From: Chrysomallon squamiferum
Taxonomy: Eukaryota; Animalia; Mollusca
Reading direction: 5' to 3'
DNA: 64,000 nt
Assembly (NCBI GenBank): GCA_012295275.1
Contig: CM022674.1
Coordinates: forward strand, 4,960,001 to 5,024,000
Both the position numbers and the translations under genes were made by a program. Positions within the stretch are counted from its first letter, which is position 1. Every line of letters starts with the position of its first letter. Shown piece by piece: positions 47,647 to 60,959 of this stretch. The notes beneath the pieces were generated by a model. That model was not told the DNA's origin. It saw nothing but the letters and a program-made list of their open reading frames with translations, and did not search any database.

Positions 47647-49926
47647 GTGATAATAATAATGGTAAATGTAACAGCCAGTGATATTCAGGATAAGCAATTA
47701 TTTCTTTAATCATTTACTCCAGAATGGTTTTCGCAGTGGATCACATGCATTACAGATGATCAAACCAAATTACGTTACTCCTGTCTCTGAAATAAATGAA
47801 AATTCAATTGACAGTAAACTCTCAGTCTCAGGTTTTGTTTTCTAAGGGCAAATCTTTCCTTGATTCTGCAAGCCATATTTTCGGCAATGATGAAATTCAG
47901 ACCCTGTCCTCCAACTTGATTCATCGTCATTTTGCCGTTGTCTTTGGTGCTGCCTATCGCCTCCTGGGCTTCAGCGTGGATGATGTTCTGACATCATTCA
48001 TGTTCAATGTGTTGAGGACACTGACATCCAGTGCTGTTAGACTGGACAGGATTGGACCAATAGAGGTGTGTAAAAAAAAAAAAATGAAATATAACTAAAA
48101 TTTAGTTTTCAATTCTGACCAGAGTTCCATGTAATGGTATTGGTTGGACCAGTAGAGATGTACAAAAAATTAAATATATTTAAAATTTAGTTTTTAATTT
48201 TGACCACAGTTCCACTGGTATTTTATGGACCAATAAAGGTAAGTGAAAAAAAAAAAAATGAAAAAAAGTGAAATGCCCATCTATAAGAAGAAATTAACAT
48301 ATCCTTATAATATCTGAATGGTCTTTACAAATTATAAATAATAAAAAAAAATTCATGAAAAATACAGTTAACTAATTTTTATTAATAGAAAAAAAAATAC
48401 ATATTTTAATTTTTAAAAATGTATAATAATTTTGTTTTACAAAGATTAATAAAGGTAGTGAATGTAGATTATTATTATTAACCATGCTCATAAAGGTGAT
48501 TACATAGTAGGTGAGACTGATGTGTAGAAAATTTTACTAAAACCAGTTCAGGACATAAGTTAAGGTTTTTTTTAGCTAAAAACAAACCAGATAGAAAAAT
48601 ATACACACAAACATACAATTCTTTTAAATCTATAATAAAGATTTATTTTAAAACACTGATACGCTAACCATAGTAAAATCTATATTTCTTCTTTTGCTTT
48701 AACAATATTATTTATATAAATTATTAAATTGTTGCTTGCAACATCACAGACATGTATTTGTACTCAAATATTGTTATTATCCATCTGTTTCATTTCATAC
48801 CTTTATTTGCCTTCTGTCATCAGAATCTCTTGTATCGTCTGATAATTTATATTTGCATTACTGAATTACTTGCCATTTTTAATTTCAACTGATCACTTTT
48901 ATATCTCTCTTACCTTCTGTGTACATACTACTGACTGTTTATATAGAGATGACATCCATATTGAATAAGTGTAATATGTAACTGTTGTCATTGACTAATG
49001 ATAGATATCCAATGTTGCCAACAGCAACAACTTCATTTTCTTCATAAATAATTTGTGGGTATTTCAGTACTTGTCATGTCCTGAAAATTTATCATATTTT
49101 TTTTTTTTTTTTTTTTTTTTATTTTATTTTTTATTTTTATTTTATTCATTTTGTTTTATTTTTTATTTTTTTTATTTCAATTTTTTATTTTTTTTAATTT
49201 TAATTTAATTTTATTTTTACTTAGTTTTATTTTATTTTTTTTCAGTTTATTTGATTTAATTTTTAAATTTATTAATTTTGTTATTTATATATCAATTTTA
49301 TTTTATTTTATTTACATATTTATTTTTATTATTATTATTATAATATATATATATATGTAGGTAATTTTTTGTAATTTATTTTCATCTTCTTTTAAAACTG
49401 AATTTAACAATTTAAATTATTTTGTACATTAATTGTTCACTACCTTTTGACACAATCTGTTACTTATTAAACCTAAATTTATATACAAAGTTGATCACAG
49501 TGCGAAATAATGTCCAGTATACACAGAACAAATTTCACAAATCATGTGCTAGAATGCTGAAATCTAATTGCCACCTTTACTGTACAATTCTGTGACTACT
49601 TTTCTTATCTTGATATAATAATGAGAGTTGTATCATTGTATCATTTTATTTTTGAACATTTAATTATTTTACACCCCTACTCATAAATGATATTTTTTTT
49701 CTGTCTTTTTTCAGATGTACTTTTTGTTTTTTCTTATTATCGTTGTTGTTGTTGTTGCTGATAATGCTACTGTTGTTGTTTATTTTTGTTATTTATTATT
49801 GTTATTATTTCAGGCACAACAACTCCAATATTCATTACAGACACTGATACCAGATATAATAGAAAGGTAATTAAAATACATTAACTAGATCGTAAAATTA
49901 TATTGTAATCTTGCAGAACTGTACAT

Positions 49927-50006
<80 letters not shown>

Positions 50007-50418
50007 CTCTCTCTCATTAACTTTCTGTTTCTCTCACATTAACTCTCTTTTTCTCTATGTGTGTGCGTGTTTGTATATGTGTTTTTATTTAGTTTATATT
50101 TACATTATTATTTTTATAAATAAATAGGTTCATTTTACTGAAGTCTTTATTTTTAAAATAAGAAATAATTCAATATCTAAGAGACACACTATCTCTGAAT
50201 TTTTGTCTTATTTCATTTAACAATATCTTTGAACCATCATCAAACGAACAATTTATTTTTAATTTACGTCAACTCAAATTAATTTATCAGTGACAAAATT
50301 CTTTCTGTTATCCAGAAATCGCGAGAAGCTGGCTCCTGATGCTGCCATTACTTTCCCTTTGATGGAGACTGTCCAGTGTGCACATGGACTTTTGTTTTCA
50401 AAACTTTTCTTTTCTTGA
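45261..50418 (+). CDS. ureF: Urease accessory protein F (nickel-urease maturation), 7 exons, ~221 aa
   Basis: Exons 45261-45303, 45847-45921, 46463-46504, 47165-47295, 47847-48065, 49814-49866, 50316-50418 (666 nt, open, all GT-AG). Diagnostic motifs: LLQISDSAFPSGGFSHSLGLESA, NHIAKKASMRQGKSFL, HFAVVFG, SSAVRLDRIGPIEAQ, and C-terminal HGLLFSKLFFS*. Confidence 0.92.
48051..48260 (+). repeat. ~85-90 bp tandem triplication containing the ureF exon 5 donor
   Basis: ggaccaatagag|gtgtg (donor after 48065), ggaccagtagag.atgta (~48146), ggaccaataaag|gtaagt (GT at 48239). The first two are each followed by A-run, aaatttagtttt and tgacca.agttcca. Confidence 0.8.
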
Positions 50419-50998
50419 CAGTGATCATGTTTTAGGATTTGTTATTCAATTTTCTGTGTTGTATAATTTGAATAAAAGATAAAAAGTTGTAAAAGTGATT
50501 AAATAATACAGTAATTTTTATTTTTTTATTTTCATAACACTTATTCAGATTGATGTCATATTCAAAGTGTTTAAAGATATAAAACTGATTAAATATTAAC
50601 ATATTCTGTTTCATTTTCATAAAATAGTTTCAGTTTATTAAAATATATTAAACACCAATAGTTTTTGAAATTTTGTTGGTTATTTTTACTTATTTTTTTT
50701 TTTTTATTTTTTTATATTTTTTTGATCTGTTAAAATGTTTGTATTCTTAAAGCTTTCATCAATATATCCACTTCATCCTGCCTTGTAAATAAATTATAAT
50801 ATTCACCAAAATATATTTATAATTATATTATTTTTAAAATAAGAAATAATTCGTCAGTGTATCCACTTCTGGAAACCTGCCTCAAATAGGTCATTCATTT
50901 TTGTAAATAATTTGTAATATTTACTGAAATATATATATATATATAATTATATGTTTTATATAAACAAATGCACACACTGTAGAATTAATATACAAAAT

Positions 50999-51067
<69 letters not shown>

Positions 51068-51871
51068 CAAAAAAAACACTAATAGATAAACGAATGTAAA
51101 GATATATATAAACCATAGTATATATAGATTCACTGATATACATTTTAGAGATTATAAACAGTAACACAGTAACTGACATTAATACTGTCTATACATCATA
51201 CAAAGTATTCTGTCGCAGATAAGAGGAGAGTGAGAGACATACATACATAAGCAAGCATAAAAACCGTAAATAATGTAAATATGCACCACGATAACACCAT
51301 CTACGAACTACACACACACACACACGTACATATGTAAATGCGTTTGCACATAGCTCTAAACGACAAACATGATTTGAAAACGTGCTGATATAAACACAGA
51401 AACGAACAGTAATTATACCATTATATTGATTCAAATTATAAACAAATATAATCGGTGCATTGCATTTGTAACAATCACAAACGGACTTCTGAACTCGAAA
51501 AGTCAAGGATAATGAATAAATTAAGTAAGTAATATTCAAATGATTATATACGGCATTATGATGACAACATTTATTATTATTCGATAGATAATTTAAAATA
51601 GTAAAAACAACAGTCTATATTTATTTGATCTAGTAAAGAATTACGAAAAATGAAAATAATTTTCTTACCTTAAATACAAGAATATCCAACACAATGTAAT
51701 CCACGTGACAATAACAAGGGATGTCCGTCGTGAATGACGTATTTCAATTATTGACGTAATTGCCTTTCGGAGCTTTTCGGATGATATCGTTTTTCTTCGT
51801 GACTTTGACTAAATAATAATATTAATAATAATAATAGTAATGGTAATAATGCAGCAATAGAACAACAGCAA

Positions 51872-51916
<45 letters not shown>

Positions 51917-52678
51917 TAATTAATTAATTAATTAATATTTTGGTTATCGAGAATAAAAACAATGGTAAATGTATAGACAATTTTGTAACTGCTTCTGAAC
52001 TGTTTGGTTATAACAATTTTATACGCCAGACCTTCTTTGGATATATGCACGCATAATGGTTGATAAACGAAGTTTTATGTTTCTTGAACCTTTAATAAGC
52101 GTATAATTAATGAGGACAGACATCCTACGTTTGCATGCTTAAGATAGAAACATACACATAATCACACACACACAGACACACCCACAAAACAACAGGCACA
52201 TGCTCACTCAGACATACAAACACAAAACTGGCTGTACAGTATTTTCGAATAAATCAAAGCAATTTAAGTAATAAATAAGTTGAAAATTACAAATTAATTG
52301 ATATGGACCAAAACAAAAAAATAAAAATGTGAGTAAAATATTCTACAAAAGTATCGTTAATACTTATTACGAATTCCGTACAGAACTGAGGTAGTTCGGA
52401 TCAGCGTGGTTTTGTAAATAGCCTTTTGATATCGTTTCAGTGTTCGTGTCCTGACGATAACCAACCGGGAAGAAAAGATAAAACTTAGTGGCTTCTCTTC
52501 GAATAAATATAAATACAGTCTGATTTGTCAGTGTTTTACAATCTTATCATTTTTTTATTTTTTTTTAAACATGAATGTCAACAAGAATCGAAATAGGGAT
52601 GTGTTCGGAAATAGCACGTGTGCAATTATGTTTTGGGGGAGTTTTCATTATTTTGTTTTCTTCTTCTTCTTCTTCTTC

Positions 52679-52719
<41 letters not shown>

Positions 52720-53437
52720 TTGTATTATTATTATTATTATTATCATTATTATTATTATCATTATTATTGTTATTATTATATCTCCAGGAGTGACCACTAA
52801 CCCCAGAGCTTTGTCAGAGCTTTGTCAGAGCTTTGTCCTGACGCATGAAAGATCACAGGTTCAACCCTTCTTTCAGCACTCAATCATCTATTTTTCCTCA
52901 GGATCACCGGAAAGTACCGGCAACTCGCTCACTCGCCCCAAACACCACATTATAGATGGCGCCACTTCTTGTAACTTAAAAAATCTTCCAAAATATAAAG
53001 AGTAAAATCTTCAAATAATAAATAAGATAAAAATATATAAAACATAAAAATGTCTTGGTAGGAGCAAAACTGTCATAACCTGATTATTAATTTCTGATAA
53101 TTAAGATCAAACTGTTAAAGAGAATTGGCAAATGAAATTTTTGCGACTGTCAGCTAGGTGGCCATTACTGAAATTTCTGGGGAATTAAAAACCGTAGCAC
53201 CGGTTCTAACCAGACGTTCGTCCATTATGTTTCACTCCCGTTCATAACCTGAATCACCCCCACTAAACCCGCCCTTTGACCGATAACACTAGATCACTGA
53301 TCTCACTTGTAGCAGAATAAAAACCTTAGTTCAGAATATTTTTATCAGTTAAACGTGCATGGGGCCAAAGTCGAACAAACAAACATTTTTGATTATTGCG
53401 CATTTAATGGACAAATTGAACGTTTTCGTTTTCTAAA

Positions 53438-54092
53438 ATGGAAAGCAATGGAGTTGTTTTTCCCGTTCTGGTTGTAACATTCTTTTTGTTATTTCATACA
53501 GGTTAGTACTTCGCATAGTTTTTTTTAAAGACGCTTTTGATTTTCTATTTCTTGCGTGTAGTGTATTTGTATGTGTCATATATGTATGTTTTTATATAAT
53601 GTATGTACGTATGTATGTGTGTGTGTGTTTGTGTACGTATAAATATATATATATATATATGTTGTTATGTAAACGTAGATAGATAGATGTATATGTACGT
53701 AGATAGATACAGATACAGATACACACATACGTTTATATATGTGTGAATGTGTGTATGATTATATATATATATATACGTATGCTATACACAGAGAAAAACA
53801 AACTATTTCATAATCTCCTCCTAACGATTATATATAAAGAAAAGACCTTTCCATATCGTGAATATAGCCTTTGATTAAGTAGTCGAGGAGATATTGCAAT
53901 AACGGGAAATACTGAATATTATTATTAGTAACAAAGACAATGAAGTGAAAACTTAGATATTTGTATTTTTATTGCTGTTACTCACATTGTCGTTGATTTC
54001 TGTAACTCTGTTTTTAGCCATTTCATAATACTGTAATCATCATAATAATTAATATTAGAATTCTCATCAGCATTATGTCCGTCATGATTATC

Positions 54093-54156
<64 letters not shown>

Positions 54157-55727
54157 GAATATATATAAATAGATTCAGAACTTTAGTCTAAATTATTAAT
54201 TATTGTTGCCCCCCCCACGATTAGAAGGAGGGTCGATTTCCCGTAGGGTGAGGCAGAATTATTTTCTGATGAACTTAGTATTTTTACGCTTGCCAGAACA
54301 AACTGCACGGAATCTGATTTCAAGAGTAAATGAGATTCTACAGACGTCGTAAATTTCGAGGGACATACTTTTCTTATATATATATATATATATATTTTTA
54401 TATATATATATATATATTTTTGTGGTTTTTTCCGTCTTTACAAAGGAAAGTCCACAGCTAAAGCAACCAAACTGTGTGAATAATTAGCCGAAATAAATTA
54501 GGTATAATAATAATGAAAAAGGATTTTAATTTACTTATATATTTATATAATTTATTACAAACAGTATCCTAGATATACGTTGGAGTTGTTGGATTTGTTT
54601 TAATTTTTTTTTTTTTGACTATGAACCAAACTTTGCTAATAATAAAGTATAACAATAATATAACGTATCAAAAAACTCTGAAGGGAGTGACAATTTTTCT
54701 TTCTTGCTCGACAAAACTCACTGTTCATGTCACGTCACGACGTAGATAAAATAACAAGAGAAATCTGCAAGACTGAAACAGAAAACAATTTCGATCATTT
54801 ACTGATTTATGTTGCCATTTAATAAAACGACATTTTTGAACTAAGAAAGCCAACATCTCAAAAACGATAAGGATTTTTCACGGACAATTGCATGCAGTGC
54901 TGTTTTTTTTTTTATTATTATTCGCATCATTAACAGATTATTATTATTATTATTGCCATTCTACGATTTATACAGCTACTAATCGAACTACAGCTGCTAT
55001 TATTATTATTATTATTTTAACTAACATAGGAGTGGCAGTCCTCTCATACTATTACATGCCTTCCTCACTTAACGACCTACTCGTTTAACGACCGCGTGGA
55101 CTTACAACCAGCTCTCCTCCTTGCACGGTATTTTACGCTGTTCGAGAATTTTTGTCGTATGAACGACAACTCGGGGTACTCAGTATCAAGCGTCTCAATT
55201 CTCATCACAGTGTCTCATCGTCACAGCCTCGTTCCAGGAGTTTTGTCAGTATTTACTACACGAGCGTTCACAATTTTCGAGACTACATATTTCGTCTGTA
55301 CATTTGTACTTTTATTGTGCATCCGTAATACGAGATTTTATCATTTTCTGTGATTATTATTATTTATTATTATTATTATTTTATTTATTTATTTATTTTA
55401 TTATTATTATATTTTTTATTATTATTATTATTTATCATTTTATATTTTTTTTTTATTATTTTTTTTTTTTTTTTTATATTTTTTATTTATTTTTGTTTTG
55501 TTTGTTTTTATTTTATTTTTAAAGTATTTTAAAAATTCTAAAAATGTTATAAACGGTTCAAAGGTGACATTAAAACATTATCTAAAGCTGGTCGACACAA
55601 ACCTACTAACAGTACAGTATGCTTGAAACATTACTAAGGAGTGGCCTTAACGACCTAACCTTTGGAATGGATCTCTGTGGGTATATGAGAGGACTGCCAC
55701 TCCTATGTCAGTTATAATAATAATAAT

Positions 55728-55784
<57 letters not shown>

Positions 55785-56217
55785 AATAAATATAAATATA
55801 ATATATTCTACAAATACATAGTGTTTTCCATATTTATTTATTTATATATTTATTAACATTCGCTCAAAATACTGCTAAAAAGTTAGTTACAGCCGGAAGA
55901 TGAGGGTTTTTCCTGCACCAAAAAAAATAAAATAAATAAATAAATAAATAGATTACCTGCCGTTATGCAGCTGCGATCCCAAGACATTCTAATTTTCACG
56001 TTGCTAAGATTGCTTGGACTTTCGTTTGTGTTACAGACAGAACTTCCGCTCTTGTTTGCTTTCACTGTTCCGACACGGGAGGTAACCCTGACTGCCAGAA
56101 TTATCTTGCCCTGACGAAATCCGCGCGAAATTTTGGCGACTTGACACGAAACTGCACCGTAGAAAAGTACTGCATGATCGAGAAATTCGTACAGAAAGGT
56201 TAGTTAATGATACTATT

Positions 56218-56255
<38 letters not shown>

Positions 56256-56763
56256 CCTATAATCTTTTTTTTAAACTTTTTAAAATGTTTTCTTTTTAAA
56301 TTTTTATTTACTTACTTATTTATTTATTTATTCATTCATTCATTCATTCATTCATTCATTCCATTTTTTAATTATTATTTTCCCTTTTTTCAGTTTTTAA
56401 ATTTTTTTAATTTAATTTTTTTAATTAATTTATTTATTTATTTATTTGTTTGTTTATTTTTATTTTTATTTTTATTTTTATTTGTTTATTTTTTATTTTT
56501 ATTTTTTTTTTATTTATTTATTTTTTTTTTTTTTTGCATTCAAGTATCCCCGTTTAAAAGTAGCGTTAATTTTATGTTTAGGTTCAGCAGCAAAAGACAG
56601 TGTTTGGGGGTTTATGTTAATTTTATATCAGCTTCAAGTTTTGAGATAGCGTCGAGGTCTGGTTTAGGGTTAAAATATAAGTTTAGAGATTCCATTAGAC
56701 AAAATTAGATTCTCTTTATAGACAGTGAGATACTGAAACGACTGTCTGCCTTTCTGTTGTTGT

Positions 56764-56799
<36 letters not shown>

Positions 56800-56850
56800 C
56801 TGGATGATTAAATATTTGGTTATAATTTTAATATTAATGCTTATCATCAA

Positions 56851-56901
<51 letters not shown>

Positions 56902-57509
56902 TGCTGTTGTTGTCGTTTGGTATTTTATTGTCATGATTAAAACAGAGACGACGTTAGCTAATAGTAGTAAACTGTTCTACTTTTTTTTTGTATTGATTAT
57001 CTAAAAGAAATGTTTAAGATACACTAGATACTAAAACAGTGTACGACAACCTTGCAACAGTCGTAGAACAAGCTGTGTCTGCGACAGTGCATTGACCTCC
57101 ACGTGCAGTAAGAACAATTTATCACTTCACCTATGACGCAACAGACGGCCATTTTAGTCTCGCTAACAAAGACTATATTCATTCTTTTTTCCTTACATAC
57201 TGACGTGTATATTTATTTACTTATAAACTGCTTTATGAAATATTTATTTGGTTGTTGAAATTACTTTTTTTAAACTTTTTTTTTTTTTTTTGGCTTATCC
57301 ATTTTAGCCACTCATTAATCATTTATTTAATTGTGTGTGTGTTTATTTGTAGTATTTATTTATAAATATTGTTTGTGTGTTTGTATGTTGTTTGTTTATT
57401 TGCGTGCTTGCTTGTTTCTGTAATTTATTTACGTATTTATTTATTTATTTATTTATTTATTTATTAGATTGTTTGTTTGTATTATTTATTAATTTGTTTA
57501 TTTATTTGT

Positions 57510-57540
<31 letters not shown>

Positions 57541-57837
57541 TATTGTTTATTTATTTACTTTACAGGCAGCGTCAACAGTTTCATCCGGGACTGTACGAAC
57601 AACCAAAATGATAGTTACTCTGCCGGAAAGCCAGGACGATTGAAATACCTCAAACCAGACAACGCCACTGTCTGCACATTTGATCCCAGCAGTATGGACC
57701 AGATCTGCATTTCTCTGTGTACTGAAGATTTGTGTAACGGCCCGTCAGGAGCAGAAAGTTTATTATTTTGTGGAGAAATGTTAAAAGTGTTGCTGTTTTC
57801 GTGGTTTTTAATATACGGATTAGGCTTTGAGTTTTAA
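53438..57837 (+). CDS. Ly6/uPAR three-finger (quiver/sleepless-like) GPI-anchored protein, paralog 1 (~165 aa)
   Basis: Exons 53438-53501 (signal MESNGVVFPVLVVTFFLLFHT), 56037-56198 (LVCFHC...DCQ...NCTVEKYCMIEKF), 57566-57837 (SFIRDC...VCT...ICISLCTEDLCNGPSG plus hydrophobic tail). Phase-1 introns, 10 Cys in the domain, terminal C-x4-CN motif. Confidence 0.85.
55018..55714. mobile_element. ~700 bp non-autonomous TIR element (MITE) in intron 1 of Ly6 paralog 1
   Basis: Perfect 25 bp inverted repeat acataggagtggcagtcctctcata (55024-55048) / tatgagaggactgccactcctatgt (55684-55708), extendable to ~31 bp with one mismatch. Internal direct repeat cttaacgaccta near both ends. No transposase ORF. 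Confidence 0.75.
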
Positions 57838-57903
57838 TTGTATTTTATTTATTAATTTTTATTTTTATTTTATTTTATTTTTTTTATTTTTATTTTTTTT
57901 TTT

Positions 57904-57940
<37 letters not shown>

Positions 57941-58099
57941 ACAACATTTATTAATTTATTTATTTATTCATGTTTCGTTTTTTGTGGAATAGAAATTCCT
58001 TGTACAAATTTATGACTTCGTATAACCCCAGATTAAAAGTGACTGAAGCCATTAACAAAAACATTTTTTATTATTTTTCGTTATTATTATTATTATTAC

Positions 58100-58133
<34 letters not shown>

Positions 58134-58280
58134 TTTTTTTTTTTTTTTTTTATTATTATTTACGCTCGCTATGTATATAGGCGGGAGATAGGGACAGATA
58201 AGATATGTTTCGATATATAAATAAGTAATATTTATTCAAATATGAATATTTTAGAAATAAGTAAAATCAAATAAAAATAA

Positions 58281-58331
<51 letters not shown>

Positions 58332-59014
58332 CCAAAAAATATATTATTATATTTTTAAGAAAAAATTAATGTACAATTTGAATGTTATAATAATAATAAA
58401 AAAATAAAAATTTATTTTGAAGCTCAATGAAGTTCTCATTCGTGTTTTGTTTTTTGCTGTTGTTGTTGTTGTTGTTGTTTTAATTTATTTTTGATACGGG
58501 GTGGGGTTACCGCATATTTGCAGACCCCCCCCCCACTTATAAATCATGATAAATGACGCAGATATACAAGCAAGTACAAAACACACCCAATCGCAAACAG
58601 ACGACAGTCAGTCAATGTACTGGTTACGATATTTTCGCCTGTCTGACTCTAGAACAGACGATGCTATGTTAACCGACCCATCACAATGGTTTAAATCCCA
58701 GAAGAAACATTAGAAGAAAAAAAAAAAAAGGGAGATAAATCAAGCGACAGGAAATACATTGCGGGTTGCCGGATGCACATTTGCGAAAATCGTCGTCGAT
58801 CATTTAAAAACAAAAGTACTTTAGAGCGAAGAAGCGGACATTTATATATATTTTTTTTTTTTTTTTTTTTTTAAGTATAGTAAATGTTGAATATCAGTCT
58901 ACTGGCTAATGACGGTAAAAGGCGGGTGATAGCAGATGATTAAATACCAGTGGACTCGAGGGATAGGACTCATTACCGGATCAGAATTCTATTACGATAC
59001 AAATTGATGTCGAA

Positions 59015-59431
59015 ATGATACTGCTTATTGTGTGTGTGTGTGCTGTAGTAACGGTTGCTAAAAGAGATTTTAGCTATGGTAGAAGGAAAAAATGGCTTTT
59101 GCTTGTTACAAGGTCTTTTTTTTTTTTTTTTTTTTTTGATTATATCAAGAAGTAAATTAGTTGGTAATAATGTTGTGAATAATCTACTTCTGATACACAC
59201 CACTCATACAGAAACACACACACACACACACACACATGCACACACACAAACATACCCACAGAGACAGAGAGAGAAGCAAACATACACATATGCAAGTACT
59301 TCCATACATCCATCCATACATACATAAACATATAAAAACACACATACTTACATTCATACATGTATGAATACATACATAAACATAAATACACACACAGAAA
59401 CACACACATCTCTATCTATGCAGACAGACAG

Positions 59432-59463
<32 letters not shown>

Positions 59464-60906
59464 GCATATGCACATACACACATATATATATACATACAAA
59501 TTAATAATATCCATCCATAAACACCATACACATAAAATGAAAGTCCTGAACTCTTTTATAAAGAAGACTAATATTCCTCCATATTTCAGTTCCTACTGCT
59601 CACGGGATCCGGTGCTACTACTGCCATGGGACTTCCGGTGTAGACAGCGCATGCGAGCAAAATATGAAAGGTCTTTTGGATTCAGCAAATGGCGATGGCG
59701 ATATGGCCAAAAACTGCACAGACTCTAAATACTGCATGATAGAAATATTCAAACAACCACTCAGTAAGTTCGTTTCTGGTTTAAATAAACAAACATTTCT
59801 TGTAGTTTACATTTAGTCAGTTTTACAATAACTTTTACAAACCTTTGAGTTTTAAATGACGGAGGAAAGCATTTTGTCGAAGCTGTGCTGTCACTGAAGT
59901 TATTTGAAATCTAGAGATGTTTGTGTACATTCATGTTAGTATTTGTATCTACCTCTTCTTTATTTAATTTATAAAACTAATTTTGTTCTCTGCACACACA
60001 CACACACAAATACATACACCTACAATATAACCAGATGTTTGCGAAACAAAGTCAAAAATCAAACAGTAATAACAATGGAACTGCAGTGCAGTAGTGGTTT
60101 TTCCTTCTATGACGTAATGACTTGCAGTTTGGTAGTAGTTGTAACAGGGGTACCATCGTCAACAGAATTAATAGCATAAACAGCAGCAAAATTTTAGTAG
60201 TAGTAGAAGTAACAGTAGCAGTAGTTGTAGTAGTAATAGTAGTAGTAGAAGTAACAGTAGCAGTAGTAGTATTAAAAATAGTAGTAATAGTAGAAGTAAC
60301 AGTAGCTGTAGTAGTAGTAATAATAGTAGTAGTAGTAGTAGTAACAGTACCAGTAGTAGTATTAAAAGTAATAGTAGTAGTAGTATAAGTAACAGTAGCA
60401 GTATTTTGTAGTAGTATTTTGTAGTAGTAATAGTAATAGTAGTAGTAGTAGCAGAAGTAGTAATAGTAGTAGTAGTAGTATAAGTAATAGTAGCAGTAGT
60501 AATAGTAATAGTAGTACTAGTAGTAGTAGTTGTAGTAGTAGAAGTAGTAGTAGTAGTAATAATAGTAGTAGAAGTAGTAGTAGTTGTTATTGTTCAATCA
60601 CAATATTTGGGTACAGTGCATTTGCGTGACAAACATCATGTTATTCCGAGACTGTCATATTAACCTTATTGTCGTTAGATACATTCTTTTAATCCTGTGT
60701 AATTAACCTGATACTTACCGTCCTCTGTGTTTTTATTTTTCTTACCATCTTAACTCATCCGTCACGGTTTTGGGGTTACTGCTGTGATCACGTGACAACT
60801 GAAATGAAATGTCCATTAATCTCCAAGATAAACGTGCTAGAAATATAACAAATGAAAAATAACCCAGCCTATTGTGTTGTGCGTGAGTGTGTACGTGTGT
60901 CTGTCT

Positions 60907-60959
<53 letters not shown>

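Noticed and set aside
45261-50418. ureF as bacterial contamination or a recent operon transfer
   Set aside because: It has six spliceosomal introns with host-type microsatellites, no neighbouring ure genes, and metazoan flanking genes.
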